From: Octopus bimaculoides
Lineage: Eukaryota
Assembly (NCBI RefSeq): GCF_001194135.2
Contig: NC_068990.1
Span: forward strand, 14,333,183 to 14,369,500
Direction: 5' to 3'
Length of the DNA: 36,318 nt
Every line of letters begins with the position of its first letter. Within the stretch, counting starts at the first letter, position 1. The notes beneath the pieces are model-generated. The model was not told where the DNA came from and did not search any database. It saw only the letters and a program-made list of their open reading frames with translations. Position numbers and translations under genes: made by a program. Positions 22,483 to 34,297 of the stretch are shown here, piece after piece.

Positions 22483-23346
22483 CAAGGTACGATGGGTAAA
22501 TTGTCGCCATTTTATATTTTTAATTTCGCACTTCTACATTGTTTGTATACAGTACAGCAGAGTCAGTTGGGCACTGTATGTGAGAAAAACAGCACCATGA
22601 CGCAATTCTCTCTGCCACAAATTTAGAAATGTTGTACTGCTTGGTATTTGCACGAGGAGCGCCAATATGAACATTTCAGTGTTTAGGTGTCAGTCTGAGA
22701 ACAGTGCAATCTGAGGACATGTACTGAGAGTGATAAAAATCAAACATCTAGTCAACATCATGGTGTTTAGAGTGATTACTAGTGATGGCAATGTTATGCC
22801 TCCATTCAACTTCCCACACAGCTTCAGACTCAACATGGAAGCCTACGTCAAGTGCCTGGAGGAGGTAGTTCTGTCATCGGTCAAGAGGGTAGCTGCTGGA
22901 AGACCCTATGTCTGTCAACAGAACTTTGCACCATACCACAGAAGCAGGAGAAAACAGTCATGGCTGTCAGACAATTTCTGCGACTACATCACCCCTAACA
23001 TCTGGTCACCTAACTCCCCAAACTGGAACCCCCTTGATTATTATATATGGGACATAGTTGAGTGAGAAACCAACAAAACTCCTTGTAACACCAAAGATGA
23101 ACTGAAGGCCAGGATTATGGCAGCATTCACCAACTTAAATAAGGAGACCGTCCAGAAGAGTTGCATGAGATTTCGAGGTTATCTGGAGACCGTGGTTGAA
23201 GCCAATGGCGATTTTATTGAATAAGTTTACTCTTTAGTATTTCAAGATATTTTTATGTAATTTTGGTAAATATATCTGTTAAATGAGATGCCAATGTTAT
23301 TTTCATTTTTGCATAATTTAGACGACAATTTATTCACCGCACCCTG
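22483..23346 (+). mobile_element. Internally deleted maT-type (DD37D, Tc1/mariner) transposon, 864 bp
   Basis: TA on both sides (22481-22482, 23347-23348); 26-bp TIRs, 20/26 identical. ATG at 22597 with an HTH remnant. In the catalytic part QQNFAPYH...SPNWNPLDYY, 37 residues separate the second Asp position (mutated to N) from the third Asp. Confidence 0.9.
22730..23224 (+). pseudogene. maT-type transposase C-terminal half, premature TGA at 23063-23065
   Basis: The frame continues past the TGA as ETNKTPCNTKDELKARIMAAF...VVEANGDFIE* to the natural stop at 23222-23224. Confidence 0.85.
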
Positions 23347-23544
23347 TATGTGCGTATCTACATACTCTCACGCTTTTGTGATGTGTTCTTTTTGTGTGCT
23401 GAATGAATGAGTCCGTGTAGCACTATTATTGAAAGAATTAGCATCATCGTTATATGCTTCACTGAGTCCATTTGTACCTTATACATTTATTTATTTCTAT
23501 CGCCAGTCGCCATGACTGACCGCTAAATCCACAAGATCTTTTTT

Positions 23545-23700
23545 TTTTATTCTCTCTCTGTTTATTTCCTCGTGTTCTTTTCTGTTGAAGAGCGTAGGTT
23601 CGAAACATAAAAGACTTTCTCACCTTCCCGAGCGTCAAATTAATACAGCTGCTTGTTGTTTATACCTGTCTTCGTCTTTTTTTTCTGTAAATTTCAACCA
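23545..23700 (+). mobile_element. Penelope-like terminal-repeat fragment with a damaged hammerhead motif (23576-23614)
   Basis: ctgttgaagagcgtaggttcgaaacataaaaga; homologous to 6160-6312 (-). ACGU is changed to ACAU. Confidence 0.6.
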
Positions 23701-25840
23701 TTTATATTCATTTATTTTGCGGGGGAAGCATCCAAATCAACTGTATTAAACTTACAATAAATATCGAATCAAGAAAAGAAAAAAAAAACGAAAAGAAAAT
23801 ATAATTTTTTGTTTGTTTTGGTTTTGGTTGTTTTTCAATTTCGAAAATTAATTGAACTGATTTAAATAGTTTAGTGGTGTTTCTTGCAGTAAATTAGTGC
23901 TGATTAACTTGCACTAAACCATGGATTGGCCTGCAGTAAGCTAGCATTTGCCTGTTGGAACCCTACTTCAGCACAAATATCCAACGACGCTCTGGTTCAC
24001 AAATGACAAATACAACTAACAGAAAATGCTTAAAACAGACGCAGTTAAACCACACAAACTAACAATTGAGACTAGAAAAAACAATGATGTGTGATATAGA
24101 TATATACATGCTGCACAATATATATATACACCTAAATATACATGGTTAAAAAGTCAGTGATATTATTTAAAACACGGTGTAAAACACAAAATAAACTTAT
24201 AAAACATACTGAGACACACATACGTAGAAATTACGTAAAAGGGATATAAGATGCAAAATAAGAGAGGAAAACATGAAAAAATAGAAAAACAAAAACGATA
24301 AAAGAAAAATACAGCATTAAACCTTAAAACCACACATGATAAATACACCAACACTAAGGAAGTATAATAAAAACATAAAATGCAGAGCAATACATTAAAA
24401 AAAAAACGCAGACGATGAAAACACATGTCACATGGAGTTAATAGCCGCTCAAAAAAAAAATAATAATATTAAGTAGAATATATAACGTAAATACTGTTAA
24501 ACTTTGGGGCAAAATCAAATAAAATGCATACAAGTGTACAAAATAAACATGGCAGAAGTTATAAAATGACATCTGATGCTGGTGATGATGACAATGGTGC
24601 AAGCAAAAGTAAATATATTGGTGCCGATTACTATTTATGCTTAACGAAGAGAAACAACGAGAAGAAGCATTACTGGTGACTGCTATTGTTTAAAAACATT
24701 TATCCGAAACGGAGACGGTGCAAATTAAGAGAAGGATAGAAATAAATGGATATTGTTTGGGCTGACAAAGTAAAATTAAAGTTATTTCTTAGACAATTAC
24801 ATACATAAAAAGACTACATAGCTACGCATACACACACACATACNNNNNNNNNNNNNNNNNNNNNNNNNNNNNNNNNNNNNNNNNNNNNNNNNNNNNNNNN
24901 NNNNNNNNNNNNNNNNNNNNNNNNNNNNNNNNNNNNNNNNNNNNNNNNNNNNNNNNNNNNNNNNNNNNNNNNNNNNNNNNNNNNNNNNNNNNNNNNNNNN
25001 NNNNNNNNNNNNNNNNNNNNNNNNNNNNNNNNNNNNNNNNNNNNNNNNNNNNNNNNNNNNNNNNNNNNNNNNNNNNNNNNNNNNNNNNNNNNNNNNNNNN
25101 NNNNNNNNNNNNNNNNNNNNNNNNNNNNNNNNNNNNNNNNNNNNNNNNNNNNNNNNNNNNNNNNNNNNNNNNNNNNNNNNNNNNNNNNNNNNNNNNNNNN
25201 NNNNNNNNNNNNNNNNNNNNNNNNNNNNNNNNNNNNNNNNNNNNNNNNNNNNNNNNNNNNNNNNNNNNNNNNNNNNNNNNNNNNNNNNNNNNNNNNNNNN
25301 NNNNNNNNNNNNNNNNNNNNNNNNNNNNNNNNNNNNNNNNNNNNNNNNNNNNNNNNNNNNNNNNNNNNNNNNNNNNNNNNNNNNNNNNNNNNNNNNNNNN
25401 NNNNNNNNNNNNNNNNNNNNNNNNNNNNNNNNNNNNNNNNNNNNNNNNNNNNNNNNNNNNNNNNNNNNNNNNNNNNNNNNNNNNNNNNNNNNNNNNNNNN
25501 NNNNNNNNNNNNNNNNNNNNNNNNNNNNNNNNNNNNNNNNNNNNNNNNNNNNNNNNNNNNNNNNNNNNNNNNNNNNNNNNNNNNNNNNNNNNNNNNNNNN
25601 NNNNNNNNNNNNNNNNNNNNNNNNNNNNNNNNNNNNNNNNNNNNNNNNNNNNNNNNNNNNNNNNNNNNNNNNNNNNNNNNNNNNNNNNNNNNNNNNNNNN
25701 NNNNNNNNNNNNNNNNNNNNTATATATATATATATTGGTTGAACTGTGTTGTTATTTTTATTGTGTTCAAAGACATTTTGTTGTCTTTGGTTGAGTGACT
25801 TTTTCGTTTTTATTCCTTTTTTTAACTGAGTTTTATCGAC

Positions 25841-26669
25841 ATGGCATTTAAGATGATAAAAAATAAGACCACTGCTTAGGAGTGGGAGATTGTCCCACCC
25901 AAGCAGTGGCTTGAAGACCTTAAGAAGAGGACGGTATTTTGTGTCCAGTGTGTCAAATATGGAACGGTGTGATTGCTTTTTGACACCCCTGAGGAAGCTT
26001 GCATTGCTGCAAGTCAGCCCCTGAAGGGGAATTAATATTGTTCCTTCCCACATATTGTGGGAGGAAGGTGATAAGAACTTGGGTATGTGGTCTACCCTCG
26101 GGCACCGAAGCGGGGTGGATTGGGGAATAGCAGACCCAGGCTCTTAAATGTCAAAGTGACGCCGGCGACCGATTGGCAAGGGTTAAAAGCAATTTTGACC
26201 CTGTGGAGTCCATCGACCGCGGCCGAAATAGTCTTTCCAGACATTTTAAAAATGGCTGGCTGTAGGTATCCGGTGATACTTGAGGGACGCCCTCCTCCAA
26301 GTGTCACTCGTGCCTGGAGCCAGGACATATTATAAAGAACTGCCCCCAGGACCATGGTAAGGTCCTGGAACAGTCACTGGAAGNNNNNNNNNNAAGATGA
26401 AGAATTACTTATCTTTTTCTACAAGGGCGGGGAGGTGGAAAAAGTAGTAGAAGAACATAAAGAGACAGTAGAAATGGCTTGCACACGGGATCCCCGTGTA
26501 GGGAAAGCTTAGAATACTTAAAGAGGATTGTCGAATATGGCCGGTTGACCCTAACATGACATATGCCTCGTACATGAATGAGGCATGGGAAATGGCGGGT
26601 ACGGGAGCTCAAGCGGCACTGAAGATAATGATAGATATATTGATGGATATATCGATGAATAGGGGGTGA
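25841..26669 (+). pseudogene. L1/Tx1-like LINE ORF1 (gag-like) remnant with CCHC zinc knuckle
   Basis: Pieced + frames: MAFKMIKNKTTA*EWEIVPPKQWLEDLKK...LFDTPEEA...LPTYCGRKVIRTWVCGLP...AGCRYPVILEGRPP, then a frameshift to CHSCLEPGHIIKNC at 26302-26343 (C-x2-C-x4-H-x4-C). Protein-like frames continue after the 10-N gap to a TGA at 26667-26669. Confidence 0.7.
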
Positions 26670-27186
26670 AAAAGCCTCGTTAAGGGGATTTGAAACCGCA
26701 TCTTATTGCATTATTTGTAGTGATTCAAAACCTTAATTGTGTTTTCTTTTTTTTTTTTCATATACAGGCAAAATTTTAAAATAGCAAAAGAGTGACTCGA
26801 ACAAAATAAAAATGTTATTAATCTCTACTGCGGCATCGAGTACGACAGTCAACACTAAATACATGTGCGTTCGTGTATGTATGTATGTATGTATGTATGT
26901 ATGTATGTATGTATGTATGTATGTATGGAAAGAGAGACTTAAAGAGAGGGAGATATATAGATAGATCGATACATACATAAACACACACTCACACACTCAC
27001 ACACACACATATACATATATACACATACACATATGTATATAGATATATCTACACATGCACGCATTTATACAGGCATATATGTGTGTGTAGGTGTGCGTGC
27101 ATACGTCCATGTGTATATATGTGCATTTTTATCTGTTCGTGAGTCTACAGAAAAAAGAAGAAAAATAGGAAATTCAACGAAGCAGT

Positions 27187-27251
<65 letters not shown>

Positions 27252-27669
27252 TATTAAATAACGAGTTATGATGTAGAGCTTTTGAGTCTACAAAGGAATT
27301 GTAAATAAAACTAAGGACGCCAACTTACCGGAATTGTTTCTTAGCAAGTAAATCATAAGTGGAAAAAATAAGCGTAATGTGTGTTGACAAAATGGCGTAT
27401 ATATAAATAATCCAACTTGTTCTTGATCACAGATACTGTATGTTTCATGTCTAAATGTGTCATATAGAGTCAATATTAAGATAAATATTTATTCGTAGCT
27501 ACTTGACTGTTTGTAAAACTATAATATAATTGATAAATGGCTTGATGTTGAACTAGACATATTATGCGTTGTATTAACTATTAGTTATACATTGGGTTCT
27601 GTAACCCTTAGGGGAACTTGCCCAGATATTTCCGTCCGATCTACCAAATATCTCCACCACATTAGTCAA

Positions 27670-27886
27670 AATATTAATTCCAAATTTTGGCACAAGGCCA
27701 ACAAATTCGGAGGTGGATGTAAGTCGATTATATCGACCCCTGTGTTCGACTGATAGTTATTTTATCGACTCTGAAAGGATGAAAGGCAAAGAAGACCTCA
27801 GCGAAATTTGAACTCACGACGTAAGGACGGACGAAATGCCGCTAAGCATTATTCCCGGAGTGCTAACAATTCTGCCAGCTCACCAC
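27670..27886 (-). mobile_element. SINE type A2
   Basis: Reverse complement of the type A head/body with the A2 tail (ttggcacaaggcc). Confidence 0.85.
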
Positions 27887-27898
27887 ATACATCACTGA

Positions 27899-28071
27899 AA
27901 ATATTGGTTTCAAATTTGGCAGTACTTGACTGGTACTGTATTTTATCGACCCCGAAGGCGTAAAAAGCGAAGTTGACCACCACAGGATTTGAACTCAGAA
28001 CTTAAGTAGCAAGAAGAAATGTGGCTAAGCATTTTGTCCTACGTGCCCAATGATTCTGCAAGCTTGCCGCC
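27899..28071 (-). mobile_element. SINE type A2 with internal deletion
   Basis: Tail end atattggtttcaaatttggc joined directly to agtacttgactggtact; the rest matches type A. Confidence 0.8.
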
Positions 28072-28099
28072 TTATATGTAGATATTAGTAAAACAAAAT

Positions 28100-28327
28100 A
28101 AAAATAATATTGATTTCAAGTTTTGTCACAAGGCCAGCAAGTTTGGGGAAGGAAGCTAATCGATTACATTGACCCTAGTGCTTAAATGATCCTTATTTTA
28201 TCGATCCCGAAAGGATGAAGGGCAAAGTGGACCTCGGCAGAATTTGAACTCAGAATGTAAGATCGGTATAAATACCGCTAAGCATTTTTTTTTTTCGATG
28301 CGGTAAAGATTCTGCCAGCTTACCGCC
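28100..28327 (-). mobile_element. SINE type A2
   Basis: Third tandem copy, same orientation. Confidence 0.85.
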
Positions 28328-28799
28328 TTATATAGACATTGATAAAATAATAAAATAAGATGAAAATAATAATCTTATCAGGTCTACAAATATGTGAATA
28401 AGCAGAAGGTTATGAAATAACTCACCTATTAAAAGAAGAGAAAGGTATTTCTGCTAAACATGCCTCGGTTTTGTTTTGTTTTGTTTTGTTTTTGAGGTTT
28501 TCTTTGCTTCTTGTTGATTTTTGCATCAGTCATTTTATTATATACATTGATAAGAAACATTTTCGTATATCAAAATGTTTCTTTTTTCGAGAACCGATTA
28601 TTATTTTTAAATGTTTTATTTTGATATTTTATCTTTTCAATCGCAAGGATTCATAGAACCAAAGCTTATTCCGTAGATTTAAATTGAATGGTGTTAGCCT
28701 TCTTGCTAGACTAGAAAATGGTGTCACCTAATCTACTTCCCCTTAAAACGAATAAAATGTTATATTATAAGAATGACTCCATTCCACTAGTTACAGCAG

Positions 28800-29330
28800 T
28801 GAATTATACAACTCGCGCAACGCATTTAGATTTATGTACACTCAAGCTTCGATATTTAAGTGTCTTGGCCACGGACTCATTACAATGAAGTTACAATATA
28901 CAAACAATCGATCTCTGATTTTCTTTTAGAGAATGAGTAGCGCCTGTAACTCTTTCGTGGGGTCTCTAAAACTACTAGGTAAAAGGGATGAAGCTATTCT
29001 GAGATCAAATTCTTTATTCGATGCTTCTAAGAAACTAGAATCCGCTAGAAGTAACACCAAAGGCCAGATGCACATGCTAAACTGGACGATGGGTGAAGTA
29101 AAAAAACTCAAGAGAATGGTTTCTCCGAAGTGCTTCCAAACACTTTACGTCTACAAAATTTCAGTAACAATGATACACAACTTAAAGACAAAGTACGAAC
29201 AAATCTTGAAGACAGTTTTTCAATGTCCCTGCAGTGGAATCGAGCCATAAGTTACCCATGTGTGATAAAAACTTTTTCACCTCACAGCTATACTTTACTG
29301 ACTCGGCCACACACAAGCTATTATTTATAA
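28800..29330 (+). pseudogene. Decayed coding segment, copy 1; best guess is the ORF1-end/APE-start junction of an I/Nimb-like LINE
   Basis: FKCLGHG (~CFKCQxFGHG), KRDEAILRSNSLFDASKKLES, GQMHMLNW...VSPKCFQT; paralogous to 30262-30542. Confidence 0.4.
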
Positions 29331-30175
29331 CTTTATATGTGCTTTGAGATTCAATTCCAAAAGCAAGAATTATCTTTTAAATAGTCTATAAAATATTTTC
29401 CTTGACATCGACAAAAATAGTCAATAAAATATTTTCCTTACATCCTCAAGAGTGGCTTCATATATTTTAACTATCGAGCCAGCATAGAAGCCTAGATAAT
29501 TAGCAACACAATCTACCTCAAACTACAGTTTAACTGAGAATATTGAAAATTTGCTTTTAAAAACAATTTCAGGTTCGATGATAGGGCTATGGTGTTGGAA
29601 CACAGGTTGATCGATAAAAAGTTGAGACAGTACAACACATAGAAGAACACAACACGTAGATAATTAAATGTGAAAAATAGTGGAAGGCGCCATCAAAATA
29701 GAGAGAAAGAATGGTATAAAAGGTCGGAACAACTCAGCAATAAGTTTTAGTACATCCGACAAACAAAACACTGAATTATCATCTTAAAACAAATGAGATA
29801 AACGGAAGAGCTACCATTAACTTCCTATTAAAGTACTCAAATCTAAAAAGGAACGAACTTGCTGCGCATAAAATCACCAGCGACAGTAATATATAAAAGT
29901 TAACATACCTTTCTTCTGAACATCACACACAGAAAAAAAATACGTGTTTGCCAATATACAATTCATAACTATAACACAAAATGTTTGACTTATTCTGGTA
30001 CAACACGAGCAGTCTGAAATATATTTTCATGGATCGAGAAGAAGTAGGCAAAACTTCATCATCTCAGTTTGCACGATGGGACGTGCAGTTGTGCAAGGAC
30101 CGAAATTACAACTCATATACAGAAATTCAAATCTCAAATTACTGATTAATGAATAGGTCGATCGATCAATCAATG

Positions 30176-30230
<55 letters not shown>

Positions 30231-30261
30231 CGAGAGTGGGAAAGAGAGAGAGAGGGAGAGA

Positions 30262-30730
30262 ATGGTAGGAAGGAGGGATGAAACTATCTTCAGATCAAAT
30301 TCTTGGCCAAATGCTTTGCAATTCCTAAAGCGCTCTAAACACAGCCAAGCGGCCAGATGGAGTTGTTGAATTGGCTGATAGATGTAGTCTACTATACAAG
30401 AACAGTAACAGTTTCTCCTAAGAGCCTCCACACGGTTAATGTTTACCAAATTTCACTAACAAGGATACCCAACTTATATTCTAATAAAGCAGACACATCA
30501 AGCCTCAGTGAAGGCCTCTTGTACATTAAATCATGCACCTAAGTCCAGAGATACCACAAATTACAGCCGAATACGATTATTACTGTACAAAACATTAAGA
30601 AGTGCACGCATTAAAAATACATTACAAAATACTTTAATATACTAGACATATATCTATCACTGCCAACTTCACCAAACGTGCCTATGACATCTTAGCTTGC
30701 TCCGTCATTGGAGGAGACTTATAAGGGAAA
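30262..30730 (+). pseudogene. Decayed coding segment, copy 2 (same family as 28800-29330)
   Basis: GRRDETIFRSNS, 1-nt deletion, GQMELLNW...VSPKSLHTVNVYQISLT.I.NL, and later CSVIGGDL (~APE GDFN motif). Confidence 0.4.
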
Positions 30731-30967
30731 GTACAACAGATAATTAAAGAATAGACACAACTTCATCTCTTTTAAATCTCTTAACCTTCTACACAACACA
30801 CACCAAACCATTTATATATCCTACCATCTAATAACAATAAATCATATTTTATTGTTTTGTCTCTTCTATACGTCTAACTACTATAATCACGTATCAAACA
30901 CGCAACGCTGTCAATTATCCAACAATATCATCAAAGCGATCGATCATACACCAAGAAGCAAAATAAA

Positions 30968-31202
30968 GGCGGTAAGCTGGCAGAAACGTTAGCACGCCGG
31001 GCGAAATGCTTAGCGGTATTTCGTCTACCGTTACGTTCTGAGTTCAAATTCCGCCGAGGTCGACTTTGCCTTTTATCCTTTCGGGGTCGATAAATTAAAT
31101 ACCAGTTACGTACTGGGGGTCGATGTAATCGACTTAATCCTTTTGTCTGTCTTTGTTTGTCCCCTCTATGTTTAGCCCCTTGTGGGCAATAAAGACATAA
31201 GA
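30968..31202 (+). mobile_element. SINE type A, full length, with 15-bp TSD
   Basis: TSD aagaagcaaaataaa (30953-30967) vs aagaagcaaaatgaa (31199-31213). Confidence 0.95.
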
Positions 31203-31314
31203 AGCAAAATGAAAACACGTTTACAAGCTTGAAAACGAAGGCGATGGAGCGCCTCAGCGACAAACAATGAGTGTAGTATATACATTTAACAAAATAATTG
31301 TAGGGTGTTGAATT

Positions 31315-31735
31315 ATTTGTTCATCTGTCGTCGTCGGCGATGAACAAGGACATTCGATGGGAGAAGAAGATGGGGCACGGTGTGTCCAGTTGTGGCCAAT
31401 CAGTCCGATACGTGCTCGGAAGGCCCTGCTGCAGGTCGGGCACTGGTGGTCTGCTGGGACTGAAGAGGAGGAGAGGCCTCTGGACTTGCGTAGTTCGCGT
31501 TTTCTTCGTTCCTCTGCAATCCACTTCTGTTCGTAGGACGTCGGACCTCTGTAGGTACATTTTCGCCAAGCAGGGTGAGCTTGTGAGCAGGGTGTCGGGA
31601 TTGATCTCAAAGCTTTTCAGTGAGGTTTTGCATGTATCCTTGGAACACTTCTGTCCGCCTTACGTTCGCTTGTCTTCTGCTAGTTCGCTGTAAAATAGTC
31701 TTTTGAGGAGTCACGTGTCAGGCGTTTGAACAAGG
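31315..31735 (-). mobile_element. RTE (BovB-like) LINE 3' fragment with C2H2 zinc finger
   Basis: Minus strand: RLLKRLFYSELAEDKR..GGQK...SLKSFEINPDT...AW...RKRELRK...CPTCSRAFRARIGLIGHNWTH; typical RTE C-terminus, with frameshifts. Confidence 0.85.
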
Positions 31736-31904
31736 TAGCTTACACACCTGACTTGCACTCGAAAGAGCCTATAAGATTATATAAAAATTATATTTATCAA
31801 AATCTAGTGATACTCCAACGCACAACCACTAAACACACAAGAAATTAAACTCAACATCTAGAAAATAAACAAGGAATAAATAAACAGAAATGCCAAAGAA
31901 AGAT

Positions 31905-32241
31905 GACGCTGGCATGGCTGTGTGGCTAAGATGCTCGCTTTGTAACCGAGCAGTTTAGGGTTCAGTTTCATTGCGTGGCACCTTGGGAAAATGTGTTATA
32001 CTATAGCCCTGCGCTGACCAATGCCTTGTGTGTGGATTTGGTAGATGGAAAATTGTATGGAAGCCCGCATATACATGTGTGTGTATCTCTGTTTTTTGAC
32101 ACCCACCACCGCTACCACTGCTTGAGTCGGTGCTGGGCTGCTTATGTCTCCGTTCGGCAAAAAAGACCGATAAACTAAGAACCGGACTGAAAGATATGTA
32201 CTTCGAACGATTTGTTCGACTAAACCCTTCAGAGCGATGCC
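31905..32241 (+). mobile_element. SINE type B, diverged
   Basis: tggctgtgtggctaag...gggttcagt...gcgtggcaccttggg...ggatttggtagatggaaa...gatttgttcgactaaaccctt. Confidence 0.8.
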
Positions 32242-32564
32242 CAATTCAATGAACTAAAATAAGTAAGCAGAAAAGAAAGAAAAGGAAAAGAAAGAAAAAG
32301 AAAAGAAAAAACAAAATAACGTTTGTATAGAACAGAAGATTTTCCCAAAATCGACCGCGATTGACCTGCAAAAAAAACAAAAAAAAAAACAGACATAAAA
32401 GGTAGGATCTGAGCCTGTCTCCCATAATTTTGACACATTCCACACAAATTACGACCACGTACCTTATTTCTATCAGACACTGCAAGAACAATAAAAAAAA
32501 ATTACAAAGAATGCTTCTGAATTCAATGAGATCACAAACAATAATGGCGAAAAATAACTTCCGA

Positions 32565-32650
32565 TCCAGGCTCTCACTGTCTGATGCAGTTAAAAGTCAT
32601 ATCCAGGGCTATTGACGTGCCAGTACAACCCTGCTCAGTTAAAGCAGAAA
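32565..32650 (-). mobile_element. Family F fragment
   Basis: Matches 13340-13382. Confidence 0.4.
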
Positions 32651-33099
32651 AAGGATACACTAAAATAACTTCTAGCTGTTGGAGCAATGTGTAAAACAAA
32701 ACTTACAATGTGGAACCACTTGTTTTAGACAATATATATTTGCTGACAGTGAAGGCAACATGTCGCGAGTTCTTTGAGGCGATAAATATTTTAGTTGCCG
32801 ACAATTGTATCAATAAACTTATCCGATATTATACGCATTGCATTAGTTCTCCATATTACAGTGGTATATCCAACTGTTTCGTTTTATTTAATTACAGTGG
32901 GAGAGATTTTTTTTTAATATATTTACTTTGCAGTTATAAAATTTCAAACTACGTTTTTTTTATATTTCGTAACATTAATAGCAGTGGCCGTGATGGCGGA
33001 GGTGATGGGTGGAATTCTAAACTGTGTACATCAGATACAATAATTTATCTTAGATATTTTGTTCTTGTCTTTTTTTTTTTCGGAATGGTTGCATTTTTA

Positions 33100-33215
33100 C
33101 CTTTTACTTATTTGCCATTGAACTACGGCCATGGTGGGGCACCACCTTGAAAGATTTTGGTCGAATAGATCGACCCTAGTACTCATTTATTTTTAACATG
33201 GTAACTGATTCTATA
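33100..33215 (-). mobile_element. SINE type B 3' end fragment
   Basis: cggccatggtggggcaccaccttgaa...gatcgaccctagtactcattt resembles 5135-5210. Confidence 0.6.
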
Positions 33216-34094
33216 TGGGAATATAGAACCAAAACAATGGAATCCCACACTTCATAGCGTACTGTTATCTTAACTTGCTCCTGAACAATCAAACGACCAG
33301 CAATCGGGAAAATAAGAAATAAGACAATAAGAAAAAAATCTCCATTAGTGATGTCTGTTTAAAAAATGCTTTCGTTGTGACTTCAGAGATACTAAAAATT
33401 CTATAAGCAATTTCTAATGCCTAGTTACTTTTCACCTACCCTGTATAATTGGAAATATTAATCTATTTTTGCAACAATGTTCTGTTACAGAGAAATAATC
33501 TCAGCATGACGAGTCAATATTTTTCTGTAGCTACAGTTAACACGTATTTGCGTTTCAGCATTTATTTGAGAATGTTCGCACGCCATGTGTGTTAGCGTAT
33601 GTTGAAATAGAACAGACGAGAGAGACTGAAAGAAAGATAGATAGACATTAAGTCAGAGAAGTTTAAAAAGTAAACAGTAAATTAGATTAGAGACAAAATT
33701 CCCGTTCTCACACATTAATCAACCTGAAAACACTTTTAAGTTGAATTAATGATGCTTTGATTAAAATAGGTTAACTATGCGGCACAGAAATATGTTACAT
33801 CCGGAGCTTCTATCTGTTAAGAATTTCCAAAGGCCAAACAGTCAGTAATTAATATGAACCATATTTCATCAAATATTGGACTACTAACAAAACAAAACAC
33901 ACACACACACACACAGAAACACATCTGGCACATACACATTCTTATGAAACACACATACACACACACGCGCGCGCTATTATAAGAAACACACACATAAGCA
34001 CCTATATACGTATAGGTAAATAGATAGATAGACATTCAGACAGACAAACAAACCAATAAATAGATGCAAAAGGCAAAACGAAAATGGCAACTTG

Positions 34095-34111
34095 TTTCTC
34101 TCTCTCACTCG

Positions 34112-34168
<57 letters not shown>

Positions 34169-34253
34169 NNNNNNNNNNNNNNNNNNNNNNNNNNNCCTTC
34201 GCTCTTTTTCACTCTATCCCCCTCTCTCCGTCCTTCTTTCTCCCTCCCCCACT

Positions 34254-34293
<40 letters not shown>
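34095..34293. repeat. (CT)n microsatellites around a small gap
   Basis: Direct observation. Confidence 0.95.

Positions 34294-34297
<4 letters not shown>

Noticed and set aside
26092-26612. Minus-strand ORFs of 87 and 67 aa
   Set aside because: Antisense shadows of the plus-strand ORF1 remnant, which carries the recognisable CCHC knuckle.
28984-29075. Resemblance of LRSNS...GQ to RasGAP/IQGAP motifs
   Set aside because: Spacing differs, only a few residues match, and the flanking motifs fit a LINE ORF1/APE junction better.
33425-33442. Tc1-like terminus (ttttcacctaccctgta)
   Set aside because: No matching opposite TIR or transposase remnant found nearby.
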